Source of the DNA: an uncultured Desulfurococcales archaeon
GTDB lineage: Archaea > Thermoproteota > Thermoprotei_A > EX4484-217-1
DNA: 64,000 nt
NCBI GenBank assembly: GCA_964496035.1
Contig: CAZBXI010000001.1
Location: forward strand, 1,126-65,125
Direction: 5' to 3'
Part shown: one piece after another, positions 30,095 through 39,976 of the stretch
Layout: each line of letters starts with the position of its first letter
Position numbering within the stretch: position 1 is the first letter of the stretch
The notes under the pieces: model-generated
Databases searched by the model: none
What the model was told of the DNA's origin: nothing
What the model saw: only the letters and a program-made list of their open reading frames with translations
Translations under genes and position numbers: made by a program

Positions 30095-31456
30095 ATGGTT
30101 GCGAGAGAGAAGTATGACGTAGTCATAATTGGTGGCGGCGTTTCAGGGCTTTTCCTTTCAAGATTAATTGCTGAGAAAGGATATACTGTAGCCGTTGTCG
30201 AGATGAAACCCATGAACAAGATAGGGGAGAAAATTTGCGGTGATGCTGTAGATAGAAAATACTTTGCCAAGCTAGGGTTAAAAGAGCCTATGGGTAATGA
30301 AGTAGAAAATGTAGTAAAGGAAGTGAGAATTTACTCCCCTAGCGAAAAAGCTTTCCTAATAGTTAAAGGTGAGGGCTTTGAGCTAAATAGGAAAGTCTTT
30401 GGTCAGAGGTTATTGAAGGAGGCTTTAGAATCGGGTGTTATAGTTCTGGGTAGTAGCTGTTTGAAAAAAGCTGTTATTAAAAACAATGTAGTTACTGAAG
30501 TTATTATTCACGATGGAAATAGAGGAAGAGATGTTGTTCTTGAAGGTAGGGTGTTTGTTGATGCTAGTGGAATATCTGGGGCCCTTAGAACAAGACTTCC
30601 CAGTCACTGGTGGATTTCCGAGAAAATAAATGCATCAGAAACTGCAGTTGCCTATAGGGAAATAAGGGTTTTGAGCAAGGACATAGAAGACTATGATGCT
30701 TTACGAATTTACTTATCTCAAAAAATAACGCCTGGAGGTTATTGGTGGTTCTTCCCTAAGGGTCCTAGGAAGGTAAATATCGGCTTAGGTGTTCAAGGAG
30801 GTAGAGGATTAAACCCTATAAGGATATTTTACAAGCATATTGTTCCTAGAAAAGTTTTGAAAGGATCAAAAATAGTTAGTTATGGTAGTGGTGTAGTTCC
30901 AACAAGGAAACCTTTGAAAACCCTTGCTTTCTCTAATGTATTAGTCGTAGGTGATGCCGCATTCACTGCAAACCCTATTCATGGAGGTGGTATAGGTCCT
31001 TCCTTAACTTCAGCCTGGGCTGCGTCTAAGGCCATAGTAAATGCGCTTGAGCTGGGCATGATCTCTACAGGAACTCTATGGATTGCTAATAAACTGTATA
31101 TTGAAGCTTATGGAGCAAAACAAGGCTCATTAGACTTTTTAAGGATATTCTTACAGCGCCTAAGCGATAACGACTTAAATTACATTATAGAGAAAAAGGT
31201 TATTTCAGACGATGAATTTTTAGAGGTAAGCACGACAGGAGATTTAAGGCTAAGTCTTGTAGAAAAAATGCTTAAAGCAATTAAGTTTATTAGGAAAACA
31301 AGTTTATTATTCAAGCTTCGTATTCTTGCAGACTACATGAAGAAAGCTAAACAACACTACATGGCTTATCCAAATAATCCAAGAGACCTACCCAAATGGG
31401 AAAGCAAATTACTAAAGCTTTATAGGGAATTTGAAAGCAAACTAAGTATAACATAG
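30095..31456 (+). CDS. digeranylgeranylglycerophospholipid (geranylgeranyl) reductase, FAD-dependent
   Basis: Rossmann YDVVIIGGGVSGL, a GD motif (VVGDAAFTANPIHGGGI), and a C-terminal extension. Length (453 aa) matches Sulfolobus-type GGR. Confidence 0.75.
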   Translation: MVAREKYDVVIIGGGVSGLFLSRLIAEKGYTVAVVEMKPMNKIGEKICGDAVDRKYFAKLGLKEPMGNEVENVVKEVRIYSPSEKAFLIVKGEGFELNRKVFGQRLLKEALESGVIVLGSSCLKKAVIKNNVVTEVIIHDGNRGRDVVLEGRVFVDASGISGALRTRLPSHWWISEKINASETAVAYREIRVLSKDIEDYDALRIYLSQKITPGGYWWFFPKGPRKVNIGLGVQGGRGLNPIRIFYKHIVPRKVLKGSKIVSYGSGVVPTRKPLKTLAFSNVLVVGDAAFTANPIHGGGIGPSLTSAWAASKAIVNALELGMISTGTLWIANKLYIEAYGAKQGSLDFLRIFLQRLSDNDLNYIIEKKVISDDEFLEVSTTGDLRLSLVEKMLKAIKFIRKTSLLFKLRILADYMKKAKQHYMAYPNNPRDLPKWESKLLKLYREFESKLSIT

Positions 31457-31467
31457 GGGGTTTCATC

Positions 31468-31719
31468 ATGACATTTTACTGGCAGAGATGCGGGATATGT
31501 GGTAAATATTATCCAATAGATAAATGTTTCCTACATCCTGAAATATCTGTATGTGCTTACTGCTGCCTATTTTGTGCCGAAAGAAACCACTGTACGAAAC
31601 CAGCATGGTATTCTGCGGTAAAGCCAGTAACTAAAGAGGAAAAAGAGCGGAGAGAGAGGGAAGCTGCTGAGGAGAAGATACAAAAAGTGTTGGAAGAATT
31701 ACTGGGCAAGTTAGGATAA
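31468..31719 (+). CDS. small Cys-rich protein (two CxxC pairs plus extra Cys) with a charged tail
   Basis: CGICGKYY...CAYCCLFCAERNHC. Confidence 0.35.
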   Translation: MTFYWQRCGICGKYYPIDKCFLHPEISVCAYCCLFCAERNHCTKPAWYSAVKPVTKEEKERREREAAEEKIQKVLEELLGKLG

Positions 31720-31726
31720 TCCAATC

Positions 31727-32488
31727 TTAGGCCTTAGCTCTTGGAGCAACCCAGTATGTTAACGTTCCTCCTCCAGGTACATCGAAGACTATTTTCATAG
31801 GCATTGATGATCCAAATTCTAAAGTTACTGTTTCAGAGGCTGATGTAGCTTTAAGTGCAGCTTCTAATAGGTCTATACCGTATGTTGACCTAACTTCTGC
31901 TTCATTAACGACCATTGATATGAGGGGTCTATCAGGGAGTAATATATTGTAGTACTCTTTCTGAGGGGTTATTGTCCGAACTTCTATTTTATCTTGTGTT
32001 GCAATGAATTCTATTTCATCGCCTACTATTTTCGCATCCTTTATTATGTTTTTAAAGTCATCACTTACCATTCTAACGCTTACAGGTAACTCTATCTTTG
32101 GCTCAGGTAGTTTTTCAACAACACCTTCTCTTAAAGGCACATAGAACGTTCTTCTATAGCCCAGTTTCCTATCTATAAATGTTACCTTTAACCTCCTATA
32201 TTCTCTTTCAAGAGTTAACTCTAGCATGTCATTTCTTGACCCTCTTTTTACAGTTCTATTAAATTCATCGGCACTAGCAATGAATGTTACTTCTTTAGAG
32301 CATTCGTATTCTTCAAATGCTAATGAAGGTAAAGTAAGTATTATCATCGTGGTTTTATCTGGACTGAGAACTTTAACTGTGAGTCCGTTTTCATTTGCTG
32401 TAAAGGGTATTTCGCTAGCTATTTTTGCTAAAGTTTGGGCAATATATTTAAACTTAGATGCCGAAGGGTAGACTGCTCTAAAGTCCAT
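31727..32488 (-). CDS. pcn: DNA polymerase sliding clamp PCNA
   Basis: C-terminus SMPMKIVFDVPGGGTLTYWVAPRAKA and N-terminus MDFRAVYPSASKF match archaeal PCNA. The ORF track start at 32509 is probably too long. Confidence 0.85.
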   Translation of the reverse strand: MDFRAVYPSASKFKYIAQTLAKIASEIPFTANENGLTVKVLSPDKTTMIILTLPSLAFEEYECSKEVTFIASADEFNRTVKRGSRNDMLELTLEREYRRLKVTFIDRKLGYRRTFYVPLREGVVEKLPEPKIELPVSVRMVSDDFKNIIKDAKIVGDEIEFIATQDKIEVRTITPQKEYYNILLPDRPLISMVVNEAEVRSTYGIDLLEAALKATSASETVTLEFGSSMPMKIVFDVPGGGTLTYWVAPRAKA

Positions 32489-32578
32489 AATAGTCACCAT
32501 ATAAATCATATATAGACTAAACCTTAAAATGTTATTCTAGTCTTAAAAATTATTGTAGCAGCTAGCGTTGGTGTCTAC

Positions 32579-32959
32579 ATGAAGTTGGATTTGAAGGTTC
32601 TGCTGGGAAATTATAAATACGTCGAACTTCATTTAGCGGATGCTCTGAAACTTCTTGGCATGCTTGAAGAAAAATTTCCGAATAAGATAAAGGATATTTC
32701 TGAGGTTCGACGCATTATAGAGAACTTTGATGTATTTTACGATATTGCCAAGAGAAAATTTAAAGATTATATTTTAATACCGCATGAGCCTAGCGATATG
32801 CTACTTGGTAGAGTGTTATTTGATAAGGTTAAGCTCATAAGAACGAGTAACGCTAAGAAGATAGGTTTATTTTTCGATAAAAATATTAAGCTAAAAGATA
32901 TAGTTGAGGCACTAAAGAGTTTAGGTTTTGAAGTTAATGTCATTGAAAGCTCTATTTGA
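32579..32959 (+). CDS. hypothetical protein
   Basis: 126-aa ORF. Confidence 0.35.
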   Translation: MKLDLKVLLGNYKYVELHLADALKLLGMLEEKFPNKIKDISEVRRIIENFDVFYDIAKRKFKDYILIPHEPSDMLLGRVLFDKVKLIRTSNAKKIGLFFDKNIKLKDIVEALKSLGFEVNVIESSI

Positions 32960-32962
32960 ACA

Positions 32963-33199
32963 TTACTTTCTCTTTCTTCTCTTAGGTTTAGGTTTGACCC
33001 TAGCTTTCTTAGCCTTTATGAGTTCTTTTATTGACATTTTTCCTCCAAGAATGTTTTCCCAAAACTCTGTTATTTCAATGAAAAACTCTAGATCTTGAAT
33101 AGAAAATTCTTCTCCATATTCTTCTTCGGCAATCACCTCAGTTATCTCAGTACGTGCTCTCTCTGTTTCCTCAGACAATTCCTCTGTTTCAGAAGTCAA
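32963..33199 (-). CDS. hypothetical small protein with an acidic N-terminal half and a poly-basic C-terminal tail
   Basis: C-terminus KAKKARVKPKPKRRKRK. Confidence 0.3.
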   Translation of the reverse strand: MTSETEELSEETERARTEITEVIAEEEYGEEFSIQDLEFFIEITEFWENILGGKMSIKELIKAKKARVKPKPKRRKRK

Positions 33200-33285
33200 T
33201 AGTATTTAAACCTCCCGCGCTATTGTTTGAAAGCTTATTTGCAACATTTAGTATTTTAAGGAAGTTTAAAAGTATTATTGCTGAG

Positions 33286-35106
33286 TTAGATTTCTATTTT
33301 CACTATGGCGGGTTCTGCTAGTCTACTATCTCTTACTATAGCATAGAATCTAGGCATATAATAAAGTGCTTCCTTAAAAATTTCCAGCCTATTTTCCGAA
33401 ATATATCCTGCTAAGGTCTTAGCCATATAGTCTAAGTTTTCTGGTTCAGAAAGTTTAAAGGATATTTTTAATGCACTATTTGCTATTATGCCTTCATCTA
33501 TGTCTAGTGGTTGCTGCGTTATTATTATGAAGCCTATACCATACTTCCTACTTTCCATCATTAGTCTCGCTACTAGAGAAGGTTCTGTGCTTCTTCTACA
33601 TATTCTATGGGCTTCATCAATAACTATGTAGTGTGATAATCCCATACTCTCTCCTGAAACATACATGTAATGAGCTATTTTTCTTAGCAATGTTTCTGAG
33701 AGAATAGCTTTCACGTGGTCCCCAGGTAGATTAGCCATAGCTATTACGCTAGGTTTACTAAGAATATCTGAGAAGCTTATTGTTGTTTCCCTAAATATAG
33801 ATGTAGACAATAATCTGATGTATGGTTTTAATCCTTCATATCTTGATCTTTCACCACTACTTCTAGCATATTCTATTCTTTTCTCTATAACCCTAAGTAG
33901 TGTCAGAAACGTCGGGGGTTTAAATTTCCATGTTTCAGGGTCATCATTTACTATTCCTTTTTCAGCATAAGCTTCTTCTAAAAGATCTTCAAGAACAGCT
34001 CTTTGAAGGTTACCTAGCCTAAATACGCGTTGTATAGTGTCCGCTACTTGAACTATTCTTTCTCTTGGAGAACACTCGTCAAGTTCTAAAGGATTTATAG
34101 ATATTTTAGAAGCATCTACTACTATACCGCCAAGTTCCTCAATAACTTTAACGTATTCGTTATGTGGATCTATAACTAAGCATGGTATTGCCCATTGATA
34201 GTAAAGTTCCTTTATTAGTTTTTTAGCTAGGCTTGATTTACCTGTGCCACTACTTCCAGCTATCAAAATGTGGTAATTTATTTGAGAATAAGGGTTATAA
34301 GTGTATGTTCCTGATTCAACTCTCCAATACCAGCTTGGCGACTTGGGTATGTGAAGTTTTTCCTTTAACCATACATTAGCTGGTTTACCGTACACCAATC
34401 TAGAAACTATTCTACCTATCTTAACACCTTCTATTGCCTTTTCCTCTTCCACCATGCTTTCAGTTGCAACACCTTTAAACATCGCGTATGGGAGAGAAAT
34501 CCATGAAGCTATAGCATATAGGTTCCTGCTTATTTTATGACCTTTTAGAACAAGTAGTGATAAAGAGAATATTACTCCAAGAATATACACTATCTCTTCG
34601 TAGAACCCCATAGGCTTAACTAATGTTATGAGAGAGGCGATAGCTATTATAATAAATGACTTAGCTAGTAGAGTTTTCTGAAAGCCCTTTATAGATATTT
34701 TTAGGTCTTTTATTCTATCGATTACTATGTCTCCTCTTTTAAGAATTAAGCTCCATGAGTAGTAGGATGCTATGAAGGCTGAAAACGTTATAGCGTAAGT
34801 TACAGGGTTTCCAACAATGTTGTCTATATTCATCATTAACATAGCCAATTTATACTCAGGAGTAAACATTAAACATATGCTTAATACCTTCTTTACGGTT
34901 AACAGTGAAAGTATAGCTGAGAATGTTTCTGTTAGCGCTGCTATCGGAGATTCAAGAATTATAGACGCAACTATTAGAGATAACGAAATGAAGGCCCATA
35001 TCACATATATGTTCGCTATAATAAATGCTTGAATGTTAGATGCTAAGTAAAGTATTATAATTAACTGAGCTACAGCTATCAAAGTACATTTTAATCCTAG
35101 ATCCAT
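33286..35106 (-). CDS. membrane-anchored HerA/FtsK/VirB4-superfamily P-loop ATPase (about 8 N-terminal TM helices plus a DUF87-like ATPase)
   Basis: Walker A AGSSGTGKSS, Walker B HYIVIDEAHRI, and C-terminal IITQQP. The N-terminal 240 aa are highly hydrophobic. Confidence 0.7.
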   Translation of the reverse strand: MDLGLKCTLIAVAQLIIILYLASNIQAFIIANIYVIWAFISLSLIVASIILESPIAALTETFSAILSLLTVKKVLSICLMFTPEYKLAMLMMNIDNIVGNPVTYAITFSAFIASYYSWSLILKRGDIVIDRIKDLKISIKGFQKTLLAKSFIIIAIASLITLVKPMGFYEEIVYILGVIFSLSLLVLKGHKISRNLYAIASWISLPYAMFKGVATESMVEEEKAIEGVKIGRIVSRLVYGKPANVWLKEKLHIPKSPSWYWRVESGTYTYNPYSQINYHILIAGSSGTGKSSLAKKLIKELYYQWAIPCLVIDPHNEYVKVIEELGGIVVDASKISINPLELDECSPRERIVQVADTIQRVFRLGNLQRAVLEDLLEEAYAEKGIVNDDPETWKFKPPTFLTLLRVIEKRIEYARSSGERSRYEGLKPYIRLLSTSIFRETTISFSDILSKPSVIAMANLPGDHVKAILSETLLRKIAHYMYVSGESMGLSHYIVIDEAHRICRRSTEPSLVARLMMESRKYGIGFIIITQQPLDIDEGIIANSALKISFKLSEPENLDYMAKTLAGYISENRLEIFKEALYYMPRFYAIVRDSRLAEPAIVKIEI

Positions 35107-35211
35107 GGCTTATTTTTCCCACAATAAAAGTTAAAGATAAAATATTAAATAACCCTAACCACTTATTAGCTTGAAATACGGAAGCAGAAATACTGTATTC
35201 AATTGATTGCA

Positions 35212-38025
35212 ATGAGTTTCACTACGTTTGAAGATTTAGGTTTAAATAGGAAACTAGTTAATGTAATTAAGAAATTCGGATACGTAGAGCCTACTAGGAT
35301 TCAGAGAAAAGCCATTCCGCTTATTCTTGAAGGCCACCATACACTTATAGTTAGTACTACAGGATCAGGAAAAACTGAAGCTTCATTGTTTCCAATATAT
35401 TCTAAAATACTAAACTCGGGCCTTGAAAAAACAAGTAATATTTATTGCATCTACATTACTCCGCTACGAGCCCTAAATAGGGATATTATGAGGAGAATGG
35501 GAGAGATAGGTAAAGCCTTAAATATAAAGGTCTCGGTACGGCATGGCGATACACCGAAGAATGAACGAAGAAAAATAATTAGAAACCCTCCTCACATCAT
35601 CATAACTACTCCTGAAACTTTCCAATTCATTCTAGTTGGTCCACGTTTAAGAGAACTACTTAAGAATGTCAAATGGGTTATTATAGATGAACTTCACGAA
35701 CTCATATGCAGCAAAAGAGGTACCTCACTTGCCGTGGCTTTGGAAAGACTTTCTGCTCTTTCTAATAGGAGAGTGCAGAGAATAGGGCTTTCAGCTACTA
35801 TAGGGGATATTGATTTGGCCAAAAGATTTCTTGGAGGATTTAGGAAAGTTAAAGTTGTTACCGAGGATATTAAGAAACCCATGTCTATAATTGTGGATTA
35901 TCCCCGATCTACATCACATGATCATTTATCGGAAATTCATGCCATTAAACCCGAGTTTATTGCAAGACTTAGAAAGATGAAAGATTTCATAGAGAAAGCA
36001 AATTTAACTATAGTTTTTACTAACACCAGAGATCTTGCCGAGATCATAAGCCTAAGTCTTAAAGACATATTCGGCGTCAATACCTTAGTTCATCACGGAA
36101 GTTTATCTAGAGAAGTAAGGTTAGAAGCTGAAGAAATGCTTAGGAAAAAAGCTGTAAAAGCTGTGGTTGCAACATCATCCCTTGAATTAGGGATAGACGT
36201 AGGCTATATAGATTTAGTTATTCAATATGGCTCTCCTAGGCAAGCTATTAAGCTTATACATAGGATAGGTAGAAGCGGACATAGGGAATTTGAGACCTCT
36301 AAGGGTGTAATAATTCCAGCAGGAGGTCTTGACGACATTTTAGAATCTGCTGTGATTGCTAGAAGAGCACTGAACGGGTTTCTAGAAAAGCCTATTGTGC
36401 CAACTCGATCTTTAGACGTACTAGCACATCAAGTTGTAGGTCTAACTCTAGAATATGGAGCCTTAAGCATAGATAAAGCCTTTTCCATAATTAACAAGGC
36501 CTATCCATACCGAGGTCTTGACTATGAAATATTTAGAGAGCTTATTACATTTCTTAATGAAATTGGTCTTATAAGATATGATGGAGGATTTTTAAAAAGG
36601 ACAGCTAGGTCGTGGAAATATTATTACGAGGTCACTATGATACCTGATGTAAGACAATACATAGTTAAAGATGTAGTATCCGGCCGGGTTATTGGTGTTC
36701 TTGATGAGAAATTCGTAATCACCAATTGTGACGTAGGTTCTAAGTTTGTTCTTTCGGGAATGGTATGGGAAGTTATTAGTATTGATGAAGAATGTGTTCA
36801 TGTAAAGCCATCCATTAAAGGCATAGGTGTTTTACCGTGGTGGGAAGGAGAACTGATACCAGTAGATTTTAAAGTTGCTAGAGAAGTTGGTGCTTTTAAA
36901 AGAAGAGTTATGGTTAATGATCTTTCGGTTTTGAACATGTATCCCTTAAGCAAAGAAGCGAAGAATGCTATCTTAGAGAAAATACATTGTCAGAAAAAGG
37001 AAGTAGGCTTTATTCCCTCCGACAAACATGTAGTTATAGAGTCTTTAGGGAAAATCACCATAATTCATGTACATCTGGGTAGCAGAGGGACGTTCACTTT
37101 ATCCACTATCATTTCTTACATTTTAAGAAACATGGGTTTTAATGCCGTTCTCAGAAGCGACCCTTACAGGATATTCATTATTCCAAGTAAACCCATAAGA
37201 GCTAGCCTTGTAGCTAAAATACTGAAAAACCTTAGTACCATTAGCGAAGAGGCGTTCAAAGAAATACTGGAAAATGAACTTAAGAGAACTAAGCTTTTTA
37301 AATGGTACTTATTTAATGTAGCTAAACGCTTTGGCGCAATAAGACCTGGTATCCCATATAATGTTGTGTCAAGGATTTTACCTGCATATGAGAATACATT
37401 AATGGGAGTAGAAGCTCTCAACGAAATCATCACGTTTAAGACAGACTTAAATTCTACATTAAAAGTATTAAGAGATATAAAGGAGGGGAAGGTGAAGATC
37501 TTAGTTTATGAGAGAAATGATCCTATGCCTCTAACAGCTGAGATTTTAGGTAGCCAAATAACGTTCATGGAAGCTGCATATGAAATACCTTCAATCGTCA
37601 AAGTGTTTAAAGAGAGATTACTTAGCAAAAGAGTTAAACTGGCATGTATAAAATGTGGATCAGTTCTCGGTATTATTAGAATAAAAGATCTTCCAGAAAG
37701 GTTACATTGTAGAAAGTGTGGTTCCGGTCTTCTAACAGTGCTTTCACCTGATGATAGAGAAGTAGAGGACGTTATTAGGAAGAGGATAAGAGGTTTAAAA
37801 TTAAATCCCTACGAGAAAAGTATCTTAAGAGATGAAATACTTAAAGCGGACCTTGTTCTAAGATTTGGAAGATATGCAGTATTAGCTCTCTCAACGTACG
37901 GCGTAGGTCCGAAAACCGCCGCTAAAGTATTAGGCGAGCTCGTTTACGGCGAGGATAACTTCTATAAGGCTTTGCTTAAAGCTGAAATAGATTTTATTAG
38001 AACTAGGAAATATTGGGACACTTAG
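35212..38025 (+). CDS. lhr: Lhr-like large ATP-dependent helicase (second paralog)
   Basis: Walker A STTGSGKTE, DEAH-type IIDELHE, motif VI HRIGRSGH, and a long Lhr-core C-terminus. ATG at 35212 is preferred over TTG at 35203. Confidence 0.85.
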   Translation: MSFTTFEDLGLNRKLVNVIKKFGYVEPTRIQRKAIPLILEGHHTLIVSTTGSGKTEASLFPIYSKILNSGLEKTSNIYCIYITPLRALNRDIMRRMGEIGKALNIKVSVRHGDTPKNERRKIIRNPPHIIITTPETFQFILVGPRLRELLKNVKWVIIDELHELICSKRGTSLAVALERLSALSNRRVQRIGLSATIGDIDLAKRFLGGFRKVKVVTEDIKKPMSIIVDYPRSTSHDHLSEIHAIKPEFIARLRKMKDFIEKANLTIVFTNTRDLAEIISLSLKDIFGVNTLVHHGSLSREVRLEAEEMLRKKAVKAVVATSSLELGIDVGYIDLVIQYGSPRQAIKLIHRIGRSGHREFETSKGVIIPAGGLDDILESAVIARRALNGFLEKPIVPTRSLDVLAHQVVGLTLEYGALSIDKAFSIINKAYPYRGLDYEIFRELITFLNEIGLIRYDGGFLKRTARSWKYYYEVTMIPDVRQYIVKDVVSGRVIGVLDEKFVITNCDVGSKFVLSGMVWEVISIDEECVHVKPSIKGIGVLPWWEGELIPVDFKVAREVGAFKRRVMVNDLSVLNMYPLSKEAKNAILEKIHCQKKEVGFIPSDKHVVIESLGKITIIHVHLGSRGTFTLSTIISYILRNMGFNAVLRSDPYRIFIIPSKPIRASLVAKILKNLSTISEEAFKEILENELKRTKLFKWYLFNVAKRFGAIRPGIPYNVVSRILPAYENTLMGVEALNEIITFKTDLNSTLKVLRDIKEGKVKILVYERNDPMPLTAEILGSQITFMEAAYEIPSIVKVFKERLLSKRVKLACIKCGSVLGIIRIKDLPERLHCRKCGSGLLTVLSPDDREVEDVIRKRIRGLKLNPYEKSILRDEILKADLVLRFGRYAVLALSTYGVGPKTAAKVLGELVYGEDNFYKALLKAEIDFIRTRKYWDT

Positions 38026-39976
38026 TTGCTAGCTTTACTCTTAAGAGTTTCTCCAGGAACTTAGCTACCTCTTCCCTTTTCCTCTTAGTTTCTCTTCTCC
38101 ACGCATCATATTTATTTAGGATTAGAGCACTCACTATTTTCTCAACCATAACATCCGCTATCGGACATACGTCTAAACATGCTCTACACATAATACACGT
38201 TATAGGGTTAACTAGAACTTCATGGTTTTCGCCTATGCTTACTGATCCTGTAGGACACAGTGTTACGCAGGATAAGCATTCCGTACAGTACATACTTCTA
38301 TAAGTAAGTTTAACAGCATCTAATGTTTCCTCAAGTACGTTATTCTTTGCTCTAACACTTAAGGTTCCTCTCTCGCTAAAAACGTACGTTACATCCTTGC
38401 TATCGTTCTTAACTATAAGTATTTTCTCTCTTCTTACTACATTTTTCCCCAATATACTGCATGTTTTCTCTATTTTGCTTAAATCTATACCCTTAGAGAA
38501 CAATATATTGGCTTTTTCATCGCTAATGCTAGTTTCGACTATGTACATGTCTAGCCATGCTCTGTACTGTTCACGCCATTTCTCAACGAATTCTCTATGC
38601 TTCTTAGCCAAGACTTTCTTAGGAGTGGCCGGTCCTAGCCATCTCCATAAACCAAGAGTTACCCATTCTTTCGGAGCGTTAATTCTTTTTGCCCATTTAT
38701 AAAGGAACGATTCCCACTTGTTCCACAGTGTAGGATGGGTTTTCTTCACTACTTCGAACTCTGCCAGTCTGCTTGCTGGGCACATGTAACAACCTATTCT
38801 ATCAAAACCCATGTAGTATAGTGGATTCGCTTTGAGTTTATTTCTAAATATGTATAGCCATATAGCTAATTGGTTCCAATATTGGATAGGAGATATACTT
38901 ATTATAGTTGGTATCCATTTATTCCTCCATATTCTTGGACTTCTAGCTCTATCAAGAGACTCGTATGCTCTTTGCCCTACTATGTTGAGTATTCCGCTAG
39001 GATAGTTTTTCAGTATTTTTCTAGCTAAAGGTACCAATTTAGCTACCTTACAACACCACCTATAGTCTCTTGCCGGTGGCCCATAGAATTTTACAGATTC
39101 CCAAAAAGCATTTCCTGCATCTGCTACTTCTAAGTCTAGACCGTAACGGTCTGCTACTTCATGAACTGTTTTCACGGTTTCAGGAAGTTCAATACCTGTG
39201 TCGTTAAATAGAAGTGGACAATCACCTAGACTTCGTAGAGTTAAATGCAGCGAAACCAGACTATCTTTACCTCCAGAAAATGAGACTATAACTTTTTTAG
39301 AGATTTTAGTATGCATTTTTTCAAGAAATTTCGTAGCTTTCTGTATCATGCTATCCAGATGGTCTTCATTTGCCCTAATTACGTCTTCTAAAGTAGCTTT
39401 TCTTGCGCTTGTTTCGAAGTAGAACTTCTGCTTATAAACTTTAATTATTTTTATCTTGTTTTTAGATATAACTTTAGCCAGTCCTACGGGTTCCTCCTTA
39501 GTATTTACTAGTACTACATGATGCTGTTTTTCTAAAGGAGCTGGTAGGGTAATTATTTGAGCGGGCTTTATCTTTTCTCGAATAGTTAATATTTCTATAA
39601 CGTCTTTCTCTATTAGCCTTAAAGCCCCGTAGTATGATGGTCTAAACTCCCATTTACTTTCAAACGGATTATATAACATTATACCGAAAATATTACCATC
39701 AACTATTACTTCCTTGGCATCATCTATGTGTGTTGTTTTATTGAGTAGAATTACTCTCTCATAAAAGAACCTAGATTTGGACTTTTCCATACTTAGCGCA
39801 TTTAAAAGCTGATTTATATCATGTTCGAACGCTATCCTAACATCTCCGGGTTCTCTAAGCTTTAGTTCGTAACCTTCTCCACCACACTTGCAACATCGAC
39901 TACTTAGAAGGGGAACATTACATACAGGACACCAATACGTTCTCGCTATTAAGGGCCAATGCTTCTTAAAGACCAC
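38003..39976 (-). CDS. fusion protein: N-terminal Zn-ribbon plus PUA-like region, PAPS-reductase/PP-loop ATP pyrophosphatase domain, C-terminal 2x[4Fe-4S] ferredoxin
   Basis: PP-loop SFSGGKDS. CysH-like RAYESLDRARSP and ...GFDRIGCYMCP. Ferredoxin motifs CTECLSCVTLCP and CIMCRACLDVCP. N-terminal CPVC...CCKC. Confidence 0.7.
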   Translation of the reverse strand: MVFKKHWPLIARTYWCPVCNVPLLSSRCCKCGGEGYELKLREPGDVRIAFEHDINQLLNALSMEKSKSRFFYERVILLNKTTHIDDAKEVIVDGNIFGIMLYNPFESKWEFRPSYYGALRLIEKDVIEILTIREKIKPAQIITLPAPLEKQHHVVLVNTKEEPVGLAKVISKNKIKIIKVYKQKFYFETSARKATLEDVIRANEDHLDSMIQKATKFLEKMHTKISKKVIVSFSGGKDSLVSLHLTLRSLGDCPLLFNDTGIELPETVKTVHEVADRYGLDLEVADAGNAFWESVKFYGPPARDYRWCCKVAKLVPLARKILKNYPSGILNIVGQRAYESLDRARSPRIWRNKWIPTIISISPIQYWNQLAIWLYIFRNKLKANPLYYMGFDRIGCYMCPASRLAEFEVVKKTHPTLWNKWESFLYKWAKRINAPKEWVTLGLWRWLGPATPKKVLAKKHREFVEKWREQYRAWLDMYIVETSISDEKANILFSKGIDLSKIEKTCSILGKNVVRREKILIVKNDSKDVTYVFSERGTLSVRAKNNVLEETLDAVKLTYRSMYCTECLSCVTLCPTGSVSIGENHEVLVNPITCIMCRACLDVCPIADVMVEKIVSALILNKYDAWRRETKRKREEVAKFLEKLLRVKLATKCPNIS

